The notes: a model not told the origin generated them from the letters alone. Counted from the stretch's first letter, positions 32,166 to 42,217 are shown. The stretch: 64,000 nucleotides of DNA from an uncultured delta proteobacterium (GCA_963755715.1 CAVWLW010000007.1:1-64000), one strand, 5' to 3'. A program made the numbers and translations.

Positions 32166-32717
32166 ATGAAAAAACAAATAACCTTAAAGGTAAACGGCGA
32201 AACGCACGATGTTGAGATGGAAGCGAACCGTCTTCTGTTGCACGTGCTCAGAGACAACCTCGGCCTGACCGGAACCAAGGAAGGCTGCAGCATCGGTGTT
32301 TGCGGCGCTTGCAGCGTCATCGTCGACGGCCGCTTGGTCAGCTCCTGTTTGACGCTGGCGGCAGGCTGCAACGGCAGGAACATCGAAACCATCGAAGGTC
32401 TCGCCAAGGACGGCAAGCTGCATCCGCTCCAACAGGCGTTTATCGAATACGGCGGTTTTCAATGCGGCATCTGCACGCCGGGGCAAATCATGGCCGCCAA
32501 AGCCTTGCTCGATGAAAATGCCAATCCGAGCGAAGAGGAAGTTAAAGAATGGATGTCGGGCAATCTCTGCCGCTGCACCGGCTATTATAAAATCTTGGAA
32601 TCGGTCATGGCCGTGGTCGATGGTAAAACTGATCCTAACTATACTTTTCGCAAACGCGAGACTACGGCGAAAATCCAGAGCCTCGACGTTTACAAGCCTG
32701 TCGCTAAAACGAATTGA
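32166..32717 (+). CDS. 2x[2Fe-2S] small subunit (CoxS/HcrC-like)
   Basis: TKEGCSIGVCGAC, QCGICTPG, NLCRCTGY. Confidence 0.94.
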   Translation: MKKQITLKVNGETHDVEMEANRLLLHVLRDNLGLTGTKEGCSIGVCGACSVIVDGRLVSSCLTLAAGCNGRNIETIEGLAKDGKLHPLQQAFIEYGGFQCGICTPGQIMAAKALLDENANPSEEEVKEWMSGNLCRCTGYYKILESVMAVVDGKTDPNYTFRKRETTAKIQSLDVYKPVAKTN

Positions 32718-32831
32718 TCGCTGCGAGCAGAATCTCCTCGCCTGACATGTGAAGACCTGAGAAATCTTCGCACGGCTACAGAAGAAGTTCATCACCCCAG
32801 AATGTTTAATCGGGAGTGCAGCAGAGTTTGG

Positions 32832-32865
32832 CCTGGAATCCCGCTAAAAGCATGCGGGCAATGCC
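32832..32865. repeat. REP-like palindrome, inverted copy of 36403-36436
   Basis: cctggaatcccgctaaaagcatgcgggcaatgcc nearly equals the reverse complement of tgtcattcccgcatgcttttagcgggaatccagg. Confidence 0.7.
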
Positions 32866-32930
32866 GGATTTGTAGAAATTTCACGAGCTGAATTGAAGCA
32901 TACAATTGAATGTCGTAGAGAACACTAATT

Positions 32931-35220
32931 ATGTGCAAACCCACAGAAATTTTCCGTCGTCGGCAAACGGGTTCAACGGGTCGAGGGCTTCGATAAGGTC
33001 ACCGGCGACTCCGAGTACATCGCCGACATTTATCTTCCCGGCATGCTGATCGGCAAAGTTCTGCGCAGCCCGTTTCCCCATGCTCGGATCCGCCACATCG
33101 ATACGAGCAAAGCCGAAAAACTTGCCGGCGTGCGCGCCGTCGTCACCGCCGAGGACACCATCAAGCGGCCGTGGGGCGCGTTCTTCGCCGATCAATATAT
33201 TCTTTCCGTTGGCAAAACCCGGTACGTAGGCGAAGAGGTCGCGGCAGTGGCAGCCATCGATACGGATACGGCTGAAGAAGCCATTGACTTGATCGAGGTC
33301 GATTGGGAACCGCTTCCGGCCGTATTCGATGCCGAAGAGGCGATGAAAGACGGCGCCGCGTTGGTGCACGACGACAAGCCGAACAACATCGCCATGCACT
33401 TGGACCTGGAGCGCGGCAACGTCGCCCAAGCCTTCGCCGAATCCGACGTCATCGTCGAAGATACTTTCACGAGCATGCCCCAGTGGCACTGCTCGATCGA
33501 GACCATCGGCAGTGTTGCCGAATACGCCACCAGCGGCAAATACACCGTCTACATGAACACTCAGACGTTGTTCAACGCGCGCTACCGCATCGCCACCGCG
33601 TTGGGCGTTCCCGAGACCGACGTGCGGATCATTCAGAGCGCGGTCGGCGGCGGCTTCGGCGGCAAATCCTGCGACGACAACAACGCTCTGGTCGCCGCGG
33701 TTCTGGCGAAGAAAGCGCGCAAGCCGGTCAAGTTGATCAACACCCGCGAAGAGGAATTTCTCGCCGGCTGCCGGCCGCGCGTCTTCATGAAGATCAACGT
33801 CAAGATGGGCTTCAAAAAAGACGGCCGCATTCGCGCCAAGGATATAAAAGTCATCGCCGACAACGGCGCCTACTCGGCCAAAGCGCCGGCGATCACCGGC
33901 GTTGCCGCCATGCGCCACGACACCTGCTATAAATATTCCGACGTCAAGATCGACGCCAAGCTGGTCTATACCAACAAAATTCCTACCGGCGCGTTTCGCG
34001 GCTTCGGCAATCCGTCGGCGGAATGGGCGGTCGAACAGGCCATCGACCTCGGCGCTCACGCGCTCGGCATCGATCCCATGGAACTCGCCCGCATCAACGC
34101 CGCCGAAGTCGGCTACGTTTCGCCGCACGGCAACCGGGTCACCAGCTGCGAGCTGAAGCAGTGCCTCGACATGACCGAAAAGATGATCGATTGGAAAACC
34201 AAGCGCGCCAACAAGCAACCCAATACCGGTTTGGGTCTAGCCTGCACGGTTCACGTCAGCGGCAAGCGCCACTTTGGCGACTACGATGGCAGCTCGGCGA
34301 CGATCAAGATCAACGAGGACGGCAAGGCGTTAATACTCAGCGGCGAGGGCGAGTGCGGCCAAGGCGTGCACACGGCGATGTGCCAGATCGCCGCCGAGGA
34401 GCTTGGCGTGCCGGTGGAAGACGTGGAAATTTCCCGCGCCGACACCGACCTCACGACGTTTTGTTTAGGCGCTTTCGCCAGCCGCCTTACCTACGTGAGC
34501 GGCAACGCGGTCAAAAACGCCGCGACCAACGTCAAGCAGCAATTGTTCGAGCAAGCCGCGGAAATGTTGGAAGCCAACGCCGCCGATCTCATATCGCGCG
34601 ATGGTAAAATTTTCGTCAAGGGCGCGGAGGGAAAATCGCTGACGGTGTCCGATGTCGCGCGCGCGCGGCTGTTCCGCCACAACGGCGCGCCGATCGTCGG
34701 CTCGGGCAGCTTCGACGCCGACTCCGTGCTGCCCGACAGCACCCGCTTCGGCAACGAGTCCGGCGCCTACAACTACGGCGCCCAAGCCGCCGAGGTGCAC
34801 GTCGATCCGGAAACCGGGCAAGTGCAAATTTTGCAATTCGTCGTCGCATCGGACTGCGGCACGGTGATTTATCCGCTCGGCGCCGAGGGCCAGGTCGAGG
34901 GCGGGCTCGCGCAAGGCATCGGCTACGCGCTCACCGAAGGCTTGCAGATCGACGAAGGCCGGCCGATCAATCCGAATTTTTCCGACTATCGCATTCCGTC
35001 CATGCGCGACATGCCGCCGCTCCAGCATGCCTTCGCGGATTCCTATGAACCGACCGGACCCTTCGGCGCCAAGGGTTTGGGGGAGCTGAACATGGACCCG
35101 ACCGCGGCGGTCATCAATAATGCGATCTTCGACGCCGTCGGCGTGCGGGTGAAAACTTTGCCGATCACGCCGGAAAAAATTCTCCGCGCGCTCAAAGAAA
35201 AACGCGAGAAGAATAATTAA
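32931..35220 (+). CDS. Xanthine dehydrogenase-family Mo-binding large subunit (L3, HcrA-like); ATG 32931 is one base out of frame
   Basis: Frame of ORF 33043-35220 extends up through FSVVGKRVQRVEGFDKVTG; GGGFGGK, AFRGFG, ECGQG, GPFGAKGLGE. Confidence 0.92.
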
Positions 35221-35301
35221 AGCCTATGCCACAACAAGCAGAGTCTTTACCGCGAAGGTCCCAGCGCGGCAGAGCCGCAATCAAAGTCGATACCGATTTT
35301 T

Positions 35302-35381
35302 CACCACGAAGGTCGCGAAGAGCACGAAGCTAAAAAATTATTTTGTCTAAATCCTTCGTGGCCTTCGTGTGCTTCGTGGTG
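35302..35381. repeat. Intergenic palindromic repeat built from cacgaag/cttcgtg units
   Basis: caccacgaaggtcgcgaagagcacgaag ... cttcgtggccttcgtgtgcttcgtggtg inverted arms. Confidence 0.7.
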
Positions 35382-35437
35382 GTAGGATTTTTTCTGCGCC
35401 GCTCATTGACGACTGTTTACTGCATACTGGAGAAAAG

Positions 35438-36298
35438 ATGATTCGATTCGATTACCAGGAACCGACCACGCTGAAGAAAGCTTTCAGTCTGATGGAAAAG
35501 CACGGCGACGAGGGGCGCGTCATTGCTGGCGGCACTTCTTTGCTGATCATGATGCGCCAGCGCCTGCTCACGCCCAAAGTCGTGATCAGCCTGGCCCGCA
35601 TCCCGAAATTCGACAAAATAACCTTCAACGCCAAAGACGGTTTGCGCATCGGCGCCGGCGCGCGCCATCGCGACATCGAGCTCTCCCCCGCCGTGCAAAA
35701 GCATTATCCCCTGCTCCATGAAACCTTCCGCAAAGTCGCCCAGCCGCGTATTCGCAACATGGGCACGGTGGGCGGCAATCTCGCCGCCGGCGATCCGTTG
35801 ACCGACCCTGGCGCAAGTTTGATCGCGCTCGACGCCGAAGTCACGCTCTCCAGCAGCAAAGGTCAACGAAGGCTGCGCTTGGATGAGTTTTTTATCGACT
35901 ACTATCAAACCGCTTTGGAGCCAGGTGAATTGCTCACGGAAATTCATGTTCCGCCGCCGCAGAGATCCGGCTGGTCCCATATCAAATTCACACCGCGCAG
36001 CGTGGAAGACTTTGCGACCGTTGGCGTCGCAATTACGTTGCAAACAAGGAATGGCACTTGCGAGGATGTCCGGGTCGGGCTCAATTCCGTAGCTTCCACC
36101 ATCGTGCGCGCGCGAAAGGCCGAAGAAGTTCTGCGTGGAAAAACCATCGATGATGCCACTCTCCAAGAAATGGGCGAAGTGGCCTCGACCGAATGTGACC
36201 CGACGGACGATAACCGCGGTAGCGCCGACTACAAGCGCGAGATGGTCAAGGTCCTGGTGCGCCGTGCGGCCCAAGAAGCGCTCCAACGCGTCAGTTGA
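35438..36298 (+). CDS. Xanthine dehydrogenase-family FAD-binding subunit
   Basis: IAGGTSL, RNMGTVGGNL, DNRGSADYK; GGAG RBS. Confidence 0.93.
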   Translation: MIRFDYQEPTTLKKAFSLMEKHGDEGRVIAGGTSLLIMMRQRLLTPKVVISLARIPKFDKITFNAKDGLRIGAGARHRDIELSPAVQKHYPLLHETFRKVAQPRIRNMGTVGGNLAAGDPLTDPGASLIALDAEVTLSSSKGQRRLRLDEFFIDYYQTALEPGELLTEIHVPPPQRSGWSHIKFTPRSVEDFATVGVAITLQTRNGTCEDVRVGLNSVASTIVRARKAEEVLRGKTIDDATLQEMGEVASTECDPTDDNRGSADYKREMVKVLVRRAAQEALQRVS

Positions 36299-36402
36299 TG
36301 CCTCAGTGCTCAACACTCGAGGCTGACAAAGAATTCTCTGGCCTACCGTTCATAGCGCATGCTCCGCGCACAGCGCTTTAATCCCTTTGTGTGAAATCCT
36401 TC

Positions 36403-36436
36403 TGTCATTCCCGCATGCTTTTAGCGGGAATCCAGG
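36403..36436. repeat. REP-like palindrome
   Basis: gtcattcccgc-atgctttta-gcgggaatcca hairpin. Confidence 0.7.
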
Positions 36437-36774
36437 CGAACTGCGGGGTTGCGATAGGCTCAGAACGAAAAGCGAGCAGGCTGATGAAAAACCGATCTTG
36501 CCGAGTGGGCTTGTTTTGTCGGATTTTAGGTACGCCGATGTCGAGAATGAGCTCGGCGCATGAAGCGAAAAACTAGCGCCGGCGTCTTAGCGTTCTCTAT
36601 TACGGTGAGTCGCTAGATTTTCTGTAGCGGAAATTTGCTGACAAATTTTTCTCGGGCTATTTTGGCGGATTGCTCTTGCTTCACGACTTTCTGTTTGCGA
36701 TTCTTTTCTTTATCCTTCTTGCTTTTGTCGCCCATCGCACAGCTCCTTTCGGGCACCGCGTTCACATGGCGCGC

Positions 36775-37122
36775 TCAGCTTGTCTTCGCCAGCTGCTTGG
36801 CACAGGCGTCGGCAACGCCGCTTTCGGACTTCTCCGCACCCGGCATGATCGACCAAGTTTGCGCGTCGATGTAACGGCCAATTTCCCAAGCATCTTTGCC
36901 CTTCATCTGGACAAGTTTTTCGCTCTTTGCCTTGTCCCCGTTGAACTGCGCCACACAAATCGTTCCCAAACGCTCCGCCACGGCCGTGGCTGCGGTCTCC
37001 TTTGCCATCGCCACCGCCCCACCGTTGGTCACCCATCCGCCGAAGTTGAAACCGACGTACATGGTTACAAGCGCGCCACCGACGCCACTCCATAAACCGA
37101 GCTTAATCTTTTCCGAATTCAT
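36775..37122 (-). CDS. Hypothetical membrane-anchored protein with two Cys
   Basis: N-terminal TM, GFNFGGWVT, ICVAQF...VADACA; G-rich RBS. Confidence 0.75.
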   Translation of the reverse strand: MNSEKIKLGLWSGVGGALVTMYVGFNFGGWVTNGGAVAMAKETAATAVAERLGTICVAQFNGDKAKSEKLVQMKGKDAWEIGRYIDAQTWSIMPGAEKSESGVADACAKQLAKTS

Positions 37123-37144
37123 CAGACACCCCCCTTAGGTCAAG

Positions 37145-37378
37145 TCATACACGCCGATTCAATTCGCCGCAGCGATGGCAGATCCAGAAATCGGAAAACT
37201 GTCTAGCCGCGGAACTTTCTTCACAGATCTCGCAATGGAGATGGCGGCAGTCGCCGCAAACGACGCTACCCACCGGTGCGGCCGCCGGCTCATTTTTTAG
37301 CCGTATCGCCGGCGTCGAATTTGGCTCGATCAGAGTAAAGGATTTGTGCTCTCCTGGCATATGGACCCCTTGTGGCAA
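37145..37378 (-). CDS. Small Cys-rich protein (three CxxC)
   Basis: CGDC, CEIC, CHRC. Confidence 0.55.
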   Translation of the reverse strand: MPQGVHMPGEHKSFTLIEPNSTPAIRLKNEPAAAPVGSVVCGDCRHLHCEICEESSAARQFSDFWICHRCGELNRRV

Positions 37379-37532
37379 CTGTTGTCATCGTCGCGGCGCG
37401 CGCCTTCGCCACCGCCAAGTCGCAACCGTTATCTCGGGAATAACGATGCAAACGTAAAAAAATATTGAAGAGGCTCGTCGCGCGCGATCTCATCGAGCGC
37501 CCCTCTCGCTTCAAGAGAGTATCCAGGCCAAG

Positions 37533-37862
37533 TCAGGCAAATCGAAACAGCAAGGACGAAAGCCAGGATTTGAACCCGGAACGGATAGGCGGTGATTCGC
37601 CGGCTGTTTTTGTCGCGACTGCACCTAACTGTACAGAGTTCCCTTTAGCGATTCGCTCATCGACCCATCGCTTGCCCATTGTAAATCCGTGGGCGTTCGC
37701 GTCCCGTGCCGTGCTAAATGCCTCGTTGAGCATCAGTCGGGCCTCCGGGTCGTGGCCCCGTTTATGGCGAATTTCTACAAAAGGGATACACGACGAGTTG
37801 CCAGAATTGTCAGGAGTATGAAGAACGGAAATGTAATAATCGTTGTAACGCTGGGTGGCCAT
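37533..37862 (-). CDS. Small hypothetical protein (F-x-T...A...G...W-V-D family)
   Basis: GGAG RBS before MATQRYNDYYI; AFSTARDANAHGFTMGKRWVDE. Confidence 0.7.
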   Translation of the reverse strand: MATQRYNDYYISVLHTPDNSGNSSCIPFVEIRHKRGHDPEARLMLNEAFSTARDANAHGFTMGKRWVDERIAKGNSVQLGAVATKTAGESPPIRSGFKSWLSSLLFRFA

Positions 37863-38090
37863 CGCGGAATCTCCCTTTGTTCGGGCTTCCGGTCCTGCGG
37901 ACCCGGCGTTTAAGCTCGGACGGCTCTTTGTAGCGTGCACATTATACCCGATTGCCTGAAGTTACAATGGCAGAACGAATTACTCCCGCCGTCTCGACTA
38001 ACACTTCAGGCCGGGTAGCATGAGAGAGCGACAATGAAAATATTTTTTTCTACTTTATCGCCGGCCATTTGATTGCTTTAAAGCTTCATA

Positions 38091-38348
38091 ATGACTACTC
38101 TGTTGAGCATGAGCAGCGGCAACCGACAAAGTAAAAAATACAAAGTTAAAGAATCTTACCGTAGTCAGGCCTACACCGGAGTAATTAGTTTAGACCCCTG
38201 GACAAATTCATGGGCATGGAAAGGTCAGGTCGACTTTAACGCGGGACTCCATTCGATGTTCACCAACCGCACCTTCACTACCGCGTTGCAGGCTGAAGAC
38301 CACATGCGTCAATCCGCGCATCTGTGCATTGACAACAGGCTTGGCTGA
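38091..38348 (+). CDS. Small hypothetical protein, same apparent family
   Basis: ESYRSQAY...TFTTALQAEDHMRQSAHLCIDN; possible sigma54 box CGGCCA-TTTGA-TTGCT at 38062-38077. Confidence 0.6.
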   Translation: MTTLLSMSSGNRQSKKYKVKESYRSQAYTGVISLDPWTNSWAWKGQVDFNAGLHSMFTNRTFTTALQAEDHMRQSAHLCIDNRLG

Positions 38349-38442
38349 GCCGAATTAACACTCGCGCTGAAATTCCTTGCTGGAACGATTGAACGGGCAG
38401 CAGTATATCTACGGAGAAAAAAGAGCCTGGCGCTTCGATGCG

Positions 38443-38637
38443 TCAGGTCTGAGGAGTAGCCCAGCGCACTTTCCCTGCGGCGATCTCGCGAAGAGCAATA
38501 ACAATATCTCGGTTGTCCGATTTCACAACTGGCTTGGCGCCTTTCAAAAGCTGCTTTGCTCGTATTGACGTGAGCAATACGAGCTCAAACCGACTCGAAA
38601 CTTTATCTAAACAATCTTCAACGGTTATTCTAGCCAT
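38443..38637 (-). CDS. rpoZ: DNA-directed RNA polymerase subunit omega
   Basis: [10 protein letters not shown]...[14 protein letters not shown]...[10 protein letters not shown]. Confidence 0.92.
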   Translation of the reverse strand: MARITVEDCLDKVSSRFELVLLTSIRAKQLLKGAKPVVKSDNRDIVIALREIAAGKVRWATPQT

Positions 38638-38905
38638 AGCCACACACTGTAGGCCTCGGGACCGTAGAACACAAGGACAATTTCTACAGTTTTGCCGCCT
38701 GCGTTCCTTTTTCCACCGCTAGTTTCCATAATCATCAGCGATCCCACGGAGTTATTCGAAACGCGCTCACCAGACAGGGGATACATTTATTTTTCACTTC
38801 GGCGGGCAACCAGCCGATGCTTTCAGCGTCGCAATGAACTCAAATTTTTCTACAGCGGGGGAGTTGGCAATGCTATAAAAGCCCGCCGCTGCGAGGTCCC
38901 TCCAA

Positions 38906-39163
38906 CTACGTGTACCTGTACCCGGATTCGCCGTGTTCGATTGCGTCGAGAACGGCCTTTTCGATTTTTTCGAGTTCCTGATTCAGAAACCATGACATGG
39001 GGATTTCAACTCGCGCTTCCTTCCATCGGCCGGGATTTTGAAAAACACATAAATCCTCCGGATCGATAGGATCATTGCGCGACGGCTTCATTATGATCCA
39101 AAGGTCATCTTGCTGATCGAGAATCGATTGCAGGACCTCTCGTTTGTTCGGCAGCGTTCCCAT
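38906..39163 (-). CDS. Small hypothetical protein
   Basis: 85 aa ATG ORF with GTGAG RBS and protein-like composition. Confidence 0.6.
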   Translation of the reverse strand: MGTLPNKREVLQSILDQQDDLWIIMKPSRNDPIDPEDLCVFQNPGRWKEARVEIPMSWFLNQELEKIEKAVLDAIEHGESGYRYT

Positions 39164-39306
39164 AGCTCACCGGGTTAAATAATCACGCGTCTACTCAGCT
39201 CACTCAGACGGATACTTCGACCTCTTCCCTGCCGTGCCGGACGACCCGACTCCGCAACCTGTTTTCGCCATTGATATGCCGAGTCCATAGTTTGGGTATT
39301 CTCGTC

Positions 39307-39741
39307 TCAGCGTTCGGCACTCAGACCTTCCCCCTGGCTGGCAACGCGAAGAGCAGCCTGTCCCCGTTGCTTCGTCAATCTTTTTTCTTTTTCTGTCCGA
39401 AACCGGTCGTTGCCTTGCTTAATCCAATAATCTGATTCCTTGTGCGCTTCCGGATCGTTGTATCCAAGGAAATACTGATTTCGGTCTGTGTCATCCTCCC
39501 CGACTTCGTCCATGTCAATGACATCGTCAACCACTATCAAGTCATTTGCGTTCTGCTCGATGCCGCGCACTTCTCTTTGGCCAACCGCGCTTCCTCCGAC
39601 GGATTCAACCAGCGCCCAGCAGACGATGGCCCGATTGGAAATTTTTCTTTCTGCATTTGCCGATCCCTCGCAATGAACGGCTTTCCAACCTGCCTGCGCC
39701 GGTATGATTTGGAGAATTTTCCAATTTTTATCTTCGGTCAT
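39307..39741 (-). CDS. Hypothetical protein
   Basis: GGAGG RBS; KILQIIPAQAGWKAV...IVCWALVE...FLGY. Confidence 0.7.
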   Translation of the reverse strand: MTEDKNWKILQIIPAQAGWKAVHCEGSANAERKISNRAIVCWALVESVGGSAVGQREVRGIEQNANDLIVVDDVIDMDEVGEDDTDRNQYFLGYNDPEAHKESDYWIKQGNDRFRTEKEKRLTKQRGQAALRVASQGEGLSAER

Positions 39742-39886
39742 AAGGCCCCTCCTGGCATTGAGCCGCGGTTTTTCATAGTTTACTCGATCTCATCAATGTC
39801 GCCGAATGTTCGAGCGCAGTTTAACGCTATCATCTGAAACGAACCCCAATCCAGCTCAGCCGACAGCCGTATTTAACAACGCTGTT

Positions 39887-40114
39887 TCAGATCGCGACGG
39901 CCGTCTGCTCATCGATCCAGTCCCGGCATAGCTTGAGTCCATACTCTTCGGCGGGGCGCCTGGCTCTGAAGGTTAACTCCGTGGAGGTCTCGATTCGTTT
40001 AATCTCGATGGTTTGGTTAAGATCCCGATCAAAAACCAGCCCGCGCACGCCCCACCGATGCCCAGACGCCGCAACAGCTATTCCATAAATAGGATGGCCT
40101 TTATACTGACTCAT
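39887..40114 (-). CDS. Small hypothetical protein, same apparent family as 37533-37862
   Basis: MSQYKGHPIY...LTFRARRPAEEYGLKLCRDWIDE. Confidence 0.7.
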   Translation of the reverse strand: MSQYKGHPIYGIAVAASGHRWGVRGLVFDRDLNQTIEIKRIETSTELTFRARRPAEEYGLKLCRDWIDEQTAVAI

Positions 40115-40411
40115 GATCGTCGCCGACTTTATTGCGCATTCTAATCTTGGTAACCGGGGCAGCTGCCGCCAGACACTTCATTACCGCCTTGCATGCGTTC
40201 TACACTATCATTTGCAATGAGAATTACCTAACAAGCGTCGAGACGGTATCCGGCCACGACCTTGGCTACTAACCCAAGTGAGAAAGGAGGCCGGGCTCCT
40301 CTGTCGAAGAAAATTTCAATATTTTGGGAATTCTCGAAATGTGTTAACTCCCTCTCAGAGTGTAGCGCCTTCAACGTTTTGAATCGTTAGCTTTTGTCTC
40401 TCGCCTCGCGC

Positions 40412-40906
40412 CTACTCGATACTCGTTTGCGCGGCGCACCACGAAACAAGGTTACTCTGCGGCGCTGTCTCAACGGTCGATCCCGCCCGCGAGACCACGC
40501 TCCGCGCGTTGCTCGCCGATTCGCCCAACGCGAGCAGCACAGAAATGGCAAATGTCGCGGTGCGGCCGACGCCGCCCGCGCAGTGAATCAGCACGGCCTC
40601 CCCGGACTGCAATCGCTTCGCTATGTCGCCTGCAAGCGCCCAGAAAGCACGCCGATCCTCGGGCGCGCCACGGTCAGGAATCTCGAAAGGCAGCACCGAA
40701 CAGGGAACTGTGCCGGCTTCAAGTGCCCGCGCGTACTCGGAAGATTTCTCGTGAATTTCATCCTTTTCAGCCAAACACACGATGGCGCCGATTGTTTCAC
40801 TCCTTACCTGATGCCACACGGTCTCGATAGCTTCATAGCGGCCCGGCATGCTGTGCAGCAGGAGTCTCCCAGGAATCCGCGCAGGAAGATCGACGCGACG
40901 AAACAT
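40412..40906 (-). CDS. Cys-based dual-specificity/protein-tyrosine phosphatase (copy A)
   Basis: IHCAGGVGRT P-loop, IPD acid loop, VET..Q. Confidence 0.88.
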   Translation of the reverse strand: MFRRVDLPARIPGRLLLHSMPGRYEAIETVWHQVRSETIGAIVCLAEKDEIHEKSSEYARALEAGTVPCSVLPFEIPDRGAPEDRRAFWALAGDIAKRLQSGEAVLIHCAGGVGRTATFAISVLLALGESASNARSVVSRAGSTVETAPQSNLVSWCAAQTSIE

Positions 40907-40951
40907 CTTTATCCCTCTTGTGCAAACAACTAATTCAGAGTTCTATCCGTC

Positions 40952-41012
40952 TTTAACGTCTTTAACGAAGCGCAGTGCTTGAACGATTTGCACGTTTGGA
41001 ACGGCCTTCGGT
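40952..41012 (+). repeat. Dispersed TTGAACG-unit intergenic repeat
   Basis: tttaacgtctttaacgaagcgcagtgcttgaacgatttgcacgtttggaacggccttcggt; related copies at 42130, 44344 and 49110. Confidence 0.65.
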
Positions 41013-41021
41013 TTTTGTGTG

Positions 41022-42038
41022 TCAGCGCGGCACAGGAATGCCGTTTGGGTAAATTTGTTTTAACAAACCTTCGCCGGTGATCTGCTTCATAAACTGGTCG
41101 TCGATAAACTCGGTAACAAACTGTTCCGCAGCGCGACCCGAGACTCCTAAGTTTTCTAGAATGGTCTTGGTCCCCTCGGGAGTTGGACGGGGCACCGCTT
41201 CCATGTAGCGGGTATCTGAGTCATAAGCGTGCTGCAAAATCATCGGATCGGAAACCCTGGTATACTTCTGTAAGATTCCCTTAGCTTCGGTGGGGCGCCT
41301 TCGGATATATGCGATCGCTTCGGTGATGCCCGCGACAAAGCTGCGCATGCGCGCCGGCTGTTTGGTGATGTAAGGACGCATTGCCGCGCTGCAATTCCCC
41401 GCATAGGGAATGTTCAGATCGCCCAATTCCAGCAAGGGTTTGAAACCCGCCTGGGCGGCCTGCAGATCGTTCGGTGACGTCGCGAAGATGGCCTGCACTC
41501 TGCCGTTGACCAGTGCCGCAAATGCCGCGCTGGTCGAACCGCTGTAGATGAGAGAAACATCCTGACCGGCTTTCATTCCTTGGCGCGCGAGAAAAAGCCG
41601 CGCCGCAAAATCGCTGGCCGAACCCGGATTAGCCACCGCCAAGACTTTGCCACGCAGGTCGGCAACTTTTTGGATCGACGGCGTCACCATGATTTTCGAC
41701 GTGAGCGTGTGCACCACACAAGAAGTCACCACGACATCGGCGCCACCCAGACGCATCTGCACCAACGGCGGACCGGCAGAAAAATAAATTTGTATGTCGC
41801 CGCTAAGCAGAGCGGGCCGGCCCGCCGCGCGCGGTAAGTAGATCGGTTTGACTTGTAGTCCGTGCTTCTCGAATAGCTTTGCCTCTGCACCCACCCAAAG
41901 CGGCAGGATCGATCCCGACAAGGTACCGTGGCCGGCAAGAAGTATGGGTCGCTCCTGAGCCAAGCCAAGCACTACCCCGTACAGCAGCATGCCCAACACG
42001 ACACCCGACACAATCGGCAAGACACGGTGACATCTCAT
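41022..42038 (-). CDS. NitT/TauT substrate-binding protein
   Basis: Signal peptide; LFEKHGLQV, ALLSGDIQ, VADLRGK. Confidence 0.87.
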   Translation of the reverse strand: MRCHRVLPIVSGVVLGMLLYGVVLGLAQERPILLAGHGTLSGSILPLWVGAEAKLFEKHGLQVKPIYLPRAAGRPALLSGDIQIYFSAGPPLVQMRLGGADVVVTSCVVHTLTSKIMVTPSIQKVADLRGKVLAVANPGSASDFAARLFLARQGMKAGQDVSLIYSGSTSAAFAALVNGRVQAIFATSPNDLQAAQAGFKPLLELGDLNIPYAGNCSAAMRPYITKQPARMRSFVAGITEAIAYIRRRPTEAKGILQKYTRVSDPMILQHAYDSDTRYMEAVPRPTPEGTKTILENLGVSGRAAEQFVTEFIDDQFMKQITGEGLLKQIYPNGIPVPR

Positions 42039-42129
42039 CTACAGACCTTCCAAAGGCGCCTGGCTATGTATTATCTCATGGATTGGCCAGCCAAGCCTGC
42101 ACAATGGACCTCCGCCGTTCTTAAATTTC

Positions 42130-42178
42130 TGAAACGCTTTGAACGAAAGCCGCAGCGGTTGAACAATTTGAACGTTTC
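42130..42178 (+). repeat. Dispersed TTGAACG-unit intergenic repeat
   Basis: tttgaacgaaagccgcagcggttgaacaatttgaacgtttc. Confidence 0.6.
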
Positions 42179-42217
42179 GTACCCGCGCTGGAGGGTCGCA
42201 CGGAGGCCGCATCTCCC

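Noticed and set aside
22630-34218. Long antisense ORFs (e.g. 22630-23805, 32929-34218)
   Set aside because: Shadow frames of GC-rich genes on the opposite strand with no motifs of their own
22491-36298. Aerobic CO dehydrogenase (coxLMS)
   Set aside because: Large subunits have AFRGYG, ALRGFG and AFRGFG, not the form I AYxCSFR or form II AYxGAGR loop
32166-36298. True 4-hydroxybenzoyl-CoA reductase (hcrCAB)
   Set aside because: FAD subunit lacks the HcrB 4Fe-4S Cys insertion and no CoA ligase is nearby
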